Below are positions 49,268 to 60,482 of a stretch of 64,000 bases of DNA, piece after piece. The translations under genes were made by a program, and so were the position numbers. The notes under the pieces were generated by a model, which searched no databases, was not told the origin of the DNA, and was given only the letters and a program-made list of their open reading frames with translations. This DNA comes from Marsupella aquatica (taxonomy: Eukaryota > Plantae > Marchantiophyta), in assembly GCA_973895155.1 (NCBI GenBank), contig OZ316894.1, forward strand, positions 3,992,944 through 4,056,943, in the 5' to 3' direction. Position 1 is the first letter of the stretch; every line of letters begins with the position of its first letter.

Positions 49268-52200
49268 TGTCGACTCGTTAGATGCGCAGAGCTTGAACAC
49301 GAGACAGGAAAAACACTCAAAGCCATCGAACACGATTTTGAAACCTGGAGTGCAGATTTCATTATGCCTCAAACGAGGGCGAGAGCCAGAGTACATAGTG
49401 GCGCGGGGATGGACCTCAGTCCTTATCACACCGTTGTCCCGCGGAAGCCATGTGGCACAGAAAACGACGAAAGCAATGTGGCTTACAGTAAGCCTGATAC
49501 TACTGTATGTAAATGTAGACTAACCGACACCTGGAACGGATAGACGATTTGACGAGCACCGAAACAGAAAGGTAAACTTTCACACACCCCCCGGCTCGCT
49601 CAAATCAGAGAAAGGCCGTTTGTGTTTGGTTCCTCCTGGCGAAATGAAATTCAGCGAAGGACGTGGACACCCCCCGGATGGAACACGGACTTCCAGCGGA
49701 AGAGACTGGAGCCCAAGAAGCTTAACAAAACGCAAGAAAGAAGCACCAGCCAAAGGTTTGGTGAGGCCGTCAGCAGGCATCTCGCCTGTAGGAAGGTAAG
49801 ACAGTGAAACGATGCCCTTCTTGACTTGCTCCCTCACGTAGTGCCACTGAACTTCGATGTGCTTAGTGCGGCTGTGGTGTTCAGGATTAATCGTAAGTGC
49901 TAGCGCCGGTTTGTTATCGCCGTAGATGATGACTTTCTGAATATCAGGAGAAGAATGCCCCAGCTGTAATAGCAGATTTCGAAGCCATACTGCTTCTTTA
50001 GCAGCGATTGAGTATGCAATATACTCAGCCTCGGTAGAACTTGTAGCCAGGACCGGCTATTTACGAGATTTCCAGCTCACAGCCCCATTCGCGAGTTTGA
50101 AAAGATATCCCGATGTTGAGCGTCGATTCATAGAATTGTCAGCAAAAGATGCATCAGTGTATCCTTGAAAATTCAACGAGTGGACCTCAATCCCATAAGT
50201 GGTAGAGCTAGAAAAGGTAATTCCCAGATCGAGAGTGCCTTTAAGGTACGCAAGAACATGACGAATGCTGCTTTGATGCTCTGCACCGGGATTATGCGCG
50301 AATTGTCCCAATTTGGAACAACGTTCAGCAATATCGGGCCGGGTCCAGACAGAGAGGTACATGAGTGAACCTACGAAAGCTTGATATAATTGACGTTGGT
50401 CAGCTGTTGCTTGGCTTGGATTGGGAAGCAAACGATCAGCACCGGTTGATGGAGCTTGTAAAGCAACACAATCTTCCATGTGAAAACGACTCAGAATTTT
50501 TTCGGAGTAGGTGCGCTGACAAAGGTAGAGTGTGCCGTGTACTCGATCCCGGATAATAAGTAGACCAAGATATTCAGTGAGCTCCCCCATCTCGCGTAGC
50601 TCATACTTAGATGTGAGTATGGCTTCCATGCGGTCAATAGCCTGCATCTCTTTTGCAATGGTGATTATATCGTCCACCCACAAGACGAGTAAATCCCCTG
50701 CTGGATTTTTGAGTACACAAGGATCAGCCGGAAGCGGTAAAAAATCATAGGCAGCCAAGAATTGTGTAAGTTCAAGGTACCACAGTCGAGGAGACTGTCG
50801 AAGACCATAAAGGGCTTTTAGAAGAAGCCAAACAAGTAATCGACCTGCTTCGTCATATTCCTCATATCCTGGCGGAGGACGCACATAAATTGGTATCTGG
50901 CCTGCCATTAGTGCATACAAGAAAGCTCTAACCACATCAAACGATTTAGCGTGTAGATTGTGAAGGGTCAGCAGTGCCATAATGGTTCGAAATGTTTCTG
51001 GCCTGACCACCGAGGCAAATGTTTCCTGAAAATCTTCACCAGGACGCTGCTTGTCGCCCCTGGCAACCAATCTGGCCTTGTATAGACCTGAGGTTCGTTT
51101 ATGTGAGTATACCCAACGAGAGGGTAACAAACGAGCTCCAGCAGGTAAAGGAACAAGTTGAGCGACTTGGAGCTTTTTAAGCTGTGTGAGCTCAGTTTGT
51201 TCAGCTGCCTTCCATTGATCCGCATCGGGTCGATTCATTGCTTCTTTATGCGTGGAAGGTACCTGGTGAGTTCCTGAAGAAAACAATGTCGCAGAGTATG
51301 AATACAAAAGCGACGAAGGGATATGAGACAAAAGAGCAAATGTCTGTCTCGTAGAATCATAGCGAGCAGGTGGTACGCCCTTGGTAGCTCGAGCAGATCG
51401 TCTAAGAATTGGTGGTGTACCAGCGACTGCAGCATCAATATCAGCCTGAAGATCTTCGTGAGATGGAGTCCCAAGAGGGGGAGCCATGATGGCCACCTCA
51501 GGAACGTCCGGAGTAGTTGTCGTATCTTCGTCGGAAGTCAGAGAAACTGTCGAAGGTGAAGGTAGCATGGTGAACGCCTCTTCTGGGATAGAAGAATGAG
51601 GAAGACCATAAGCCGGAGAGATGTCATTTGAAATGACAAGCTGCAGAGGAGTAGGCGTAGCGCTTGTACCATAATCCAATTCTGGAAGCTCAAAGGGGAT
51701 ATTGAGTTGAGCTGGCATGATCGGAGCAGTTCTCGGTGTTTCATCAAATGAAACATAAGCTGAGATTGCTATCGCATCTGTCTTTGGAAACCAGACCCTG
51801 TAATTGATACCATCAGCATATCCTACAAGATAACCGGTTTGTGCTCGAGGGTCAAACTTGGCACCGCGTGGACGCTTCTCAGGTGGAATATGAACATGAG
51901 CGGTGGCACCAAACACACGGAAGTGGCTAAGATTTGATCTGTATTGTAAGCCAAGTGATGAACGGAGACAAAGAATTGGAGCAGCAAAATCATTATTTGC
52001 ACTCGTGGGAGATCGATTCATGATGTACACTGCAGCAGCCACAGCTTCAGGCCACAAATAAGTGGGAAGCTTAGAGTCGAGCAGCATCGCCCGAGCTTTC
52101 TCAGTAATGATGCCATTTGCACGTTCCGCAATGCCATTCTGACTGTGATGATATGGCACAGAATGAACCATCCGACAACCTTTGTCAACCAAAAATTGCT

Positions 52201-54414
52201 GGCAAACACGGCTGCCAAATTCAGTGCCGTTGTCACAATAACACTCTGAGATCTTAGATGAGTACTGATTGTCAATGGCAGTAAAGAAGTGACGAATGAC
52301 CTCAAGAACCTGAGTCTTATTGTTAAGAGAGGAGACCCACCGAAAACGTGTGAAGTCATCCGTAATTAGAAGGAAATATCTCTTGGATCCTAACCCTTGA
52401 GTGGCAATTGGTCCTACGAGATCCATGTGTATGCGCTCAAAGGGTCTCGAGACTGGAGCATGAGACTCCCTGCAAATGATACGCTTAGACTTGGCTATGG
52501 CGCAAACTGTACACGGGTCAGGATTGGTAATATCGGTGACAACCATCCCTTCCTGTTTAATTAGATGTTTCAGTCCATCTATGTGTAGATGTGCGAATCG
52601 CCTATGGACGATATTAAGAGTGAGAGATCTACTATCAGCAGCGGCTATTTGACACACTGGCGACACATTGGGTCGAACCGTAAGTACTTTTAGACCATCT
52701 ATTTTGCGTGCTGTAGCAAATTCCTCCCCACTATTTTGTATAACAAATTTAGACTGCCATCCATGCCAGTATACACCGCGTAGTTCTAGAAAATGTTCTG
52801 ACATGGTATTAAGCAAGCTAGTTGGCAGGTATTGGACTGTATGCAAATGAACAGGACGAACAAACTTGTCAGAACGAGCAAGTGAAAGACGAACATCTCC
52901 GTAATCTGGTGAGATTGCTGAGCCCGCTCCAGTGTTGATCGTGAGTGGATCATCCACGTAGTTCTCCAAAGTATCACGATTGTTACAGAAATGGTGGTTA
53001 GCGCCCGAATCAGAAATCCACGTTGCTGGTGTTAGATGATCTGTAGCATTCGAGTGAACTTGATGCGAGTATTGAGCGAAGGTAAAAACATCAAGAAGCG
53101 GAGAAGTCGATCTAGTTGGTTGACTAGAGGTAGATGCTTGAACTTGCATTGTTCCTTTCAATCGTTCTTGAATCCGTTACATTACGATGGTATTCGGTTG
53201 CCATCCAGGCCGACGAAGATGGACATGTTTATAAAAACACATGTCATCTTTGTGATTGGAGAAGTGGCAAAACGAACACTTCGGAGTGGGTACAGAAGAA
53301 CGTGACTGTGAGGACCGATCTTGTGTCTGCAATCGAGACACGTTTAATTGAAGCGTTGGTTGTTCTCGTTCTTGTTGACTCCACCACTCATCCTTGGCCT
53401 CCTGAAGAACCAGATCTAAAGACGGTGTGTGCAATGGATCTCGACGCATCTGGTTGCGAATGTTTGCAGCCCAGTGCTGAAAATTCGGATGTGGATCAAG
53501 AATGAACAAGAACTGCATAATCTGAACCTGTGGATCAATGGTGATTCCCGCAGTGATACAACGATCGACTGCATCCAAATATCGACCAGAAAATGCTTCC
53601 ATCTCCTCACCTTGATACTGTAATTTGACGAAATGTCGCCAATAGTCATGTGTCTGTACGATTCCTCGTGGTTGAAATTGCTGTTGCAGCTTCTCCCAAC
53701 ATGCTTTCGCTGTAAGCAAATGTGCCAGACTGGTCTGGACATGAGGCTTACAAGAAGACAGGATAATCATCCGGGCTAACGCTGCTTGAGAATCGTAAGC
53801 TTCAAGCCTAGCCGTGAAGTGGTAATCCTTCTCATCAGTTTCCTTCACAGGCGGTGTAGCAGTTCCATCAATAAACTTCCACGAGCCCGATGATTGAAGA
53901 CCGGCGGAGACAAGCATTTTCCACGAGTCATAATTGACTCCTCCTTCCAGCTTTGGAATTGAGTGTGTAGAATCGCGAAAAGGATTCGACATGGTAAAAT
54001 TGACAAAAATCTGTATAAAGAAAGAACGGAGCTGAGTATCTCAGTCAGCGTGTAGTGCAAGCGCAGTCTATAGAATTAAGGCCCGTAACCTGTCGACTCG
54101 TTAGATGCGCAGAGCTTGAACATGAGACAGGAAAAACACCCAAAGCCATCGAACATGATTTTGAAAACTTCCTGGAGTGCAGATTTCATTATGCCTCAAA
54201 AGAGGGCGAGAGCCAGAGTACATAGTGGCACGGGGATGGACCTCAGTCCTTATCACACCGTTAGACTCCCACGGAAGCCATGTGGCACAGAAAACGACGA
54301 AAGCAATGTGGCTTACAGTAAGCCTGATACTACTGTATGTAAATGTAGACTAACCGACACCTGGAACGGATAGACGATTTGACGAGCACCGAAACAGAAA
54401 GGTAAACTTTCACA
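49268..54414 (-). mobile_element. Full-length Ty1/Copia LTR retrotransposon (5147 bp)
   Basis: LTRs 49268-49584 and 54091-54414 (TG...CA), with 5-bp TSD aatct (49263-49267, 54415-54419). On the minus strand, PBS ggttacgggcc abuts the 5' LTR and PPT ggggggtg abuts the 3' LTR. Confidence 0.96.
49580..53992 (-). pseudogene. Copia gag-pol polyprotein in one frame with two in-frame stops (TAA 53179-53177, TAG 50059-50057)
   Basis: Gag zinc knuckle CSFCHFSNHKDDMC, protease WISDSGANHH, integrase HRRFAH..C..C / HMDLVGP / CDNGTEF / QNGIAER, RT YKARLVARG / LYGLRQS / WVDD, RNase H YTDASFA / SSTEAEY / KHIEV / MPADGLTKPL. Confidence 0.92.
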
Positions 54415-55699
54415 AATCTGTAGTTCCCGCGATGTCCATCAGTAACTCGTGAGGTCGGGGCACTGACGTCTGCACAAAGAATTGTTTTGCATCAGCGCCC
54501 TTTGAAATATCAATGATGGGGCACTGTTCTGCACGGGCGGGGTGTGGCGAGTCTCAAAGTAAAACCAGGGTGAGGCAAATTTGAATGAAATCTCAGTTTT
54601 GGTCAAGACAGGGGACAGAATTTCTCCATCACCACTGTCCAAAATTTTTGGGAATTTGCAAGTTTGAGACACCCTTTCCTCACCCTGCCATGCGTGTTGG
54701 CCAATGTCTGATTCGCATGACTGTGGAGTCCAATAATGTAGAACCAGGCTACAACAAGGAAAAGCTTCAAACTAGCTTCAAAGTTGGGGACCATGGCTTT
54801 TGGCTTCAAACAAATGGCCACATCCTTTATTATTGTTAATATGTGAAAGTGGTTTTTCCCCTTATTTTCCACAACGGTAGCCCTATAGTTTCTTATGTCT
54901 TTGGCATAACAACGACAGACAAATTGCTAGCCTGGGACTATGAAGTTGGTAGTCCATTTTGTAAGTCACTCCATTTCTGACACCCCTCTTTGCCCCTTTC
55001 ACTAGTAAGGTTTACAGGGCAATCATTGTGGGCCATAACTCCCCCCAAATGAGGGGTCTAGTTCCAATTTGGAGGGGTTCTTATTGCCAATGTTGTGGTG
55101 AAAGGAGGTCCAAAAGGTTTTTATTTCTACTATTTATTAGTCCTAACCAAATAACCAAGTCTTGCACTCATTATTTTTCTCCACATTACATAAATATGAA
55201 AAATTCATGAAAGGGGAGGGGTAGAGTTCCAAATATTTTATGGAGTAACCTTCTGGTAAAAAGCATTGTGTGCCTTGATAAAAATAATACTGAAGCTTGT
55301 CTCTTGAGATGTTACAATTCTTTTCCATAATGCCCACTTAGAAGGGCACTAACACACTTAAAGACGTCAGAGATTTTTCTCTTTTATTATGTGTCGAAGT
55401 AGGAGAGAAATTCATAATTCTCTGATCCCAATCTGGAGACCAAAGGCACTAAGTAATGGCAATAATACTCTAGGTCTCACCTTTGTTCTCTTGTGTGGAA
55501 CTTAGAATACTAGGTGCCCCAAGAGATCACATTAGGGCATATTCCTTTTGAAATACAAAGTGAACTGAAACTCATCAATTTCATAAAACAAAGTGTACAA
55601 GATTAACCTGTGCATTTATTTGGACCACCTTTGGATCAAAGTTTTTAAGTATGCTTTCTGACGTCCCACCTATTACTCAAATATGCTTGAGATTTCACA

Positions 55700-58206
55700 T
55701 CAAGTTGGTATGCCAAAAGCTGTTTCCAGGAGCTCCCCTCTTTCCTTATTTACACCCAGCGACAAAAATGCTCTCTTGTAATCTACCGATGTGAATGGCT
55801 TGTATCGAATAGGATGCTCGGCATCCACACACTCTGGTCTCGGACAGACAACGTAGTTCATCTCGCCCGGCACAAAGGCTGCAATTGACATGCGCCTGCT
55901 CTTTTCATTGGCCACCACCCGGTGCTCTGCGCTTAGAAATCTCCCATTTGTCCAAGCCTGCACAAGCGAAGGACGGACACTTCGTCAAGCTCGTGCCCAG
56001 CAAAGCTCATTCAAGAGAGGGAGGTGCCAAAGTTCGATTCCGAAAAGCTCATATATGCTAAAACTCTTCATATTGAAGCACAAGACATTCACTTCCCTCA
56101 ATTCCAAACTAAAGTCCATGCCTCAATCCAAACCTTGACCACTGACACTTTCCCTACACGAAATTGTGTGGAGCATGAAAGATACTAATTGGGCTCCATG
56201 GGATGCCAGTCAGGATCAACTAGGTGATATGTTATGGACCACATGGAAATCAGGCAACGTGGCTTTCTTTCTAGAACTGATTTACTCAACATGTCCAGCA
56301 GTACAGGTTTCATTCAAAAGTGCAGACATAATTAAATCATCCAATTTTCAGATCAAAGATTCAGGAATGCAGCAGCACCTGTAGAAAGTCGCCACAGTTG
56401 ACGATAAAAGCACCAGCCCGAGGTTTCACCCCATGCCAGGTCCCATCTCTGAAACGAAGCTGCAGGCCCCCCACTGCATCCTGGTACACAATGGTGAAAA
56501 CATCGGGGTCCGTGTGGCATGGAAGTCCCCAAGTCATTTCGGGAAAGTCGCAGATGGGGAAGTTGTTCACCCGAAACTTGCCAATGACCTGTCGGTTATT
56601 CCGATCACCCAGCCACTCGTTCACAATTTTCTCCGGCTCCGGGATTCCAATGCTAGAGACTATTAAGTCCATTAGTAGAAACACCACCCTGCTCGATTGC
56701 TTTCCGTACTCCTCAGCGCTAGATCTGATCCAGGCAGACAATGTGAACGATGGCTGCTAGTTAGACGAGCAAGTTGATTCAATGAATCTCTCAGTTTCTT
56801 ATGATCTCTGTGCACCTACAGTGCTAACTCTAGAACATCTAACTTTGGGAAGACTTTGGATCGGCAAATCCTCTCGTTGACATTTTGAAGTCCTGGAAGG
56901 ACCGCATTTTGGCGAGTGAAAGTACATCCTCGGAGAAACGAACTCACCTTCATAAATGACCCTTCAAGTTGGTTTCAGGGCCACCCGGCCAGAGAGTGTT
57001 TACGATCTCGTCCAGTCTGCCAGGATAATTTGTCTCCGGTGACTCGATGTCAAATCCTTCGCTCCATAAGTATGAAAAGATCTTCCGGCTGTACGGGGGG
57101 TCACGCTTCATGGGCAAGTAACCAGGGAATGTGGGCGCTCCAGGGGTTATCTCGTTCAGCACTTTCATCTTCTCCTGCAATTCAATAAAACGGATCAGAA
57201 TACTAGGATCTTGTCCATACTGTTTTATTGTCATCACAAAATCTACACCATGTGCAGGTCTGGGTGGTCACGTTGTCGGAGAACAATGATGCTAGGGTGT
57301 AAAATTTAACCGCGTGACTATGTACGATGGGAGAGAGTTGCCTACTAGATCTGGAGAGCCATCGTAAGTTCGACTGGAAACATAGAAACAATTCAAACTT
57401 CAATGATATCGCAGGGTTGTGAGTGCACGAGCAAGCTATGAAATAAGGAGGTGACTTCGACAGCATATAAAAGCTGTTGATCGAGCTCTTCTCATCACAA
57501 GCAGAGTAAGAGCTATCCGATCCTCTGGCTATCGTGTTGACCGTCTCAATGGTTCTGGTCACAAACTCATCTAAAAGGATGTTACAGCACGTTCATCTGC
57601 AGTTGGATTATCATTAGCAAATCAGACGTCCCCTGAAGGAGTAGTTACAATTAGACAGTCAGTAATTAAGAGTATTTCGGAACTTCATTACTTTCATGTC
57701 AAACTACAATAACATATCAGCGCTGACAGGAGAATTCTTTGTTGAAATTCTGGATTTGTTAAGATTACAGCTCACAAGTAGAGTGTAGTTATTACCTCAA
57801 GAGGAAGGTCAAATATTTCTCCAATAGATTCCTTGAGTTGCTCAACAGCTTCCAGGGAAAAGCCGCAATTGATTATCTGGAAGAATCCGTGCTCCTCGAA
57901 AGCTTCTCGAATCCCCTTCAGGACATCAGATTTCGCTGCCTCGCAGGCCTTGATCTCTGCCTCCAAACCGCTCCGAGCACTCGCGTCTCCGTCCAACCGC
58001 TCAATCTCTCTCCGCAAGCTCTCCAACTTGAGCACTGGTGACAAATCGATAACGGGAAGTTCAAAATCGTAATAGTCATGAGCGATGTCCGGTCTGTTTT
58101 CTTCAGGCCAGATGAACGATGTCTTGCCCGGGGTCCTGAAAGGTTCCGCATGAGGTCTCGTACTGTCTAGCTTCTTGAGCTCAAACGGTTTCATCACATC
58201 CGCCAT
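55700..58206 (-). pseudogene. 2OG/Fe(II) dioxygenase copy 3 with a premature stop; exons 58206-57796, 57174-56948, 56724-56379, 55957-55700
   Basis: Exon 2 ends CAT TTA TGA AG|gt (stop at 56952-56950), where copies 1 and 2 have CAT TTA TTA AG|gt. The stop precedes the HxD catalytic motif. Confidence 0.85.
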
Positions 58207-58937
58207 AGTTACTTCGCTGGAAATCTTCTCTGCCGGGTCAGGATACTACACGATTGTGCGAATGGAGACACCAACAGGTTTGAGAGAGTCAATAGTGGTG
58301 AAAGATATTCAGAATGCATGCATTTCAGCTCTGAGCCCTCTCTGTTATATAGGTGATGGAAATGAGCTGGTCAAGCTATCGATATAAACCCAATTGAGTG
58401 ATCTGGGTCTCAGCGTGGCTGGAGTTGACTTTAGCTCATGTGCAGTCTAGCAGTTTGTTTAGATCGTTTGCAGTCTCCCATTGAGATTCTTTTGTTTGAC
58501 TTTGCTTTATCCACTTTCAGACCGTGACTAGCTTCTTTGTTGTCGCAGTTTAGTCGAAGATTCAATCTAGAGGAGGTTCAGTCTAGACCAGAAGAGGTGG
58601 TCTGGGTTGTTGGCTAGGTGGAGCCCAACTGTCAATCGACTGTAGACCGGAAGAAGTGGTCTGAGTTGTCGGCTCACTTTAGTGCAAGCTACTGAAGTCT
58701 GACACTAAACTACTGTAGAACGGAAGAAAGCGCGGAGATTGAATTCGCTGGCGATGGAGACAAGTTAATCCCCTCATTCTCCTTCAATCTCCTCTTTCTC
58801 CATTGAAAACTGTAACAAGAATTCTCGAGCCCTATTCAACTCCTAATTAGAACGTAAGATCTTGCTAACCTTCGTTCCACCGTAACAGGGTCTGTCCCCA
58901 CGCTCGCCTCATTTACTGCCGACTGGCCACAACTTTT

Positions 58938-59706
58938 TTTTTCCTTCTGATTGAGGAACATTGAAAAAGCCACCATACAACAGGGGTGACCCACAAAAAG
59001 GAAGCCAACATGCAAGTCAGCACCCGGGCATACAGGGGTGACCCACAAAGGGGGTCAGCACCAGGGAGGACCAAACGTCATGTAGCCAAAAACCTGGTGG
59101 GCCGGAAACCAAGAGAGAAGTAGATTTCAAGGGAAGGAAGCTAAACTAGAAATTTAACCACCGCAGCAGAAGAGACAGAACTCCAAAAGACAGGCCAGTG
59201 AAAAGGAACCGGTGGGGTACTTAAGAGTGACTCCGCGATAATAACCAATCAGTCTAGCCTGCAGTGTCACTTCAACTCCTAAAAGGGAATGACGTTCACC
59301 TGGAGTGGATAGATGGAACTTACAGAATTTCTTCATGTATTTAGTTCCCACAGTCCGGCCCATGTACCATAGTCAAAGGACATGTTATTGAGAGCCTCTG
59401 CAGAAGTGGATTTACCAACCATATCCTTAAACAATGTAGGGCCCAATCCTTACGAAGGTAAAATCCAAGCCTATGGTTGAGCTCCAAGAAATCTTTCCAT
59501 AGGTTCTAGCAAACCATTGCTCTGAGGGGTGTGCCATACTTTCTCAGTATGTCTGTCCACACCTCAGGTAGAGGAGCGCCAACTAAAATGTGAGCTGGTT
59601 TAAGATAATCTAGTTGCTCCTAGTGACGGCTGTGTTTTGCAGTAGGAAGTGCACCCCCTTACCAGACACCTGCTGAGACGGTCCATATGCAGTGTCCACC
59701 CTAAAC
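58938..59706 (-). mobile_element. Retroposed (LINE/SINE-like, probably 5'-truncated) insertion in the upstream region of copy 3; partial copy at ~45742-46303 upstream of copy 2
   Basis: Flanked by a ~16-bp direct repeat actggcca(c/t)aactttt (58922-58937, 59707-59722) with a T-run at the left end. It is absent from the equivalent site upstream of copy 1 (~13090-13110). Confidence 0.65.
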
Positions 59707-60482
59707 ACTGGCCATAACTTTTGACACGGAGACTGTCTGCTTGAGCCACGTAAATCCTGTCAGGAGAAGAGGTTACAGGTGAGTAACCATTTCTACAGGG
59801 GCCTGCTATAATCATAATCTGGTGTCCTGAAAAGTTGAGCCGGTAACCTCTTTCCGGGCAGGAGTTAAGTATGCTAATGCAGGGCAGGGCTGGGGTTATA
59901 GGCTGTAACCTGCTCGCAGATATTCAAAAAAGCTTCCCGGCTGCCGCTGGTCAGTTTCTTTTCATATTCCTGACGCAGGGTTACAGCCTAGTAACCCTGC
60001 GCCCAGACCTGCATTACCCTATACATAGACCGTCTGAGGATCGAAAACCAATCACATAATGACGAGATGATCACAACCGTTGGCCAGAGTACGATCTACG
60101 CCAGTTTCCCCCCCCCGCACCCCCTCCCGTAGATGACACGCTGGTGGCGGTCATTGGGCCCGGGTTGAAAGATGCTGTCCCGCTAGGTTCAAACCCTCGT
60201 TTAACTTGACGGTGAAGTTGACGCAACCTGACCGGCCAACAACGCCCATTTGACACATATTCTGAATTATCCCCCGGGCATTCTCTTACTTTCCCGAACT
60301 TTCCCCCAAACTGGTCCTAGGGTCCCCCGGATTACCCCGGTCTAGCTAGCCGGTCAACCCGTTCCCCGGACTCCTCCGGTCTAGCCAGCCGATCCCCCGG
60401 TTCGAGGTCGAGGCCGGGGCCGGGTCGGGGTCGTGGCCGGGCAGGGTCGAAATTGGTGACGCCGGGTTCGAGAGAAAGTTAG

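Larger units (their letters stand above)
46795..55000 (-). repeat. Repeated module M downstream of dioxygenase copy 3, interrupted by a Copia element
   Basis: The empty site gcgcaccaaaaatctgtagttc is seen as the reverse complement at ~17600-17622. The flanks match 17050-19500. Confidence 0.85.

Noticed and set aside
53161-53180. Programmed stop-codon readthrough between Copia gag and pol
   Set aside because: TAA CGG ATT is not the CARYYA readthrough context. A second stop in RNase H (TAG where CAG is expected) shows C-to-T decay is the simpler explanation.
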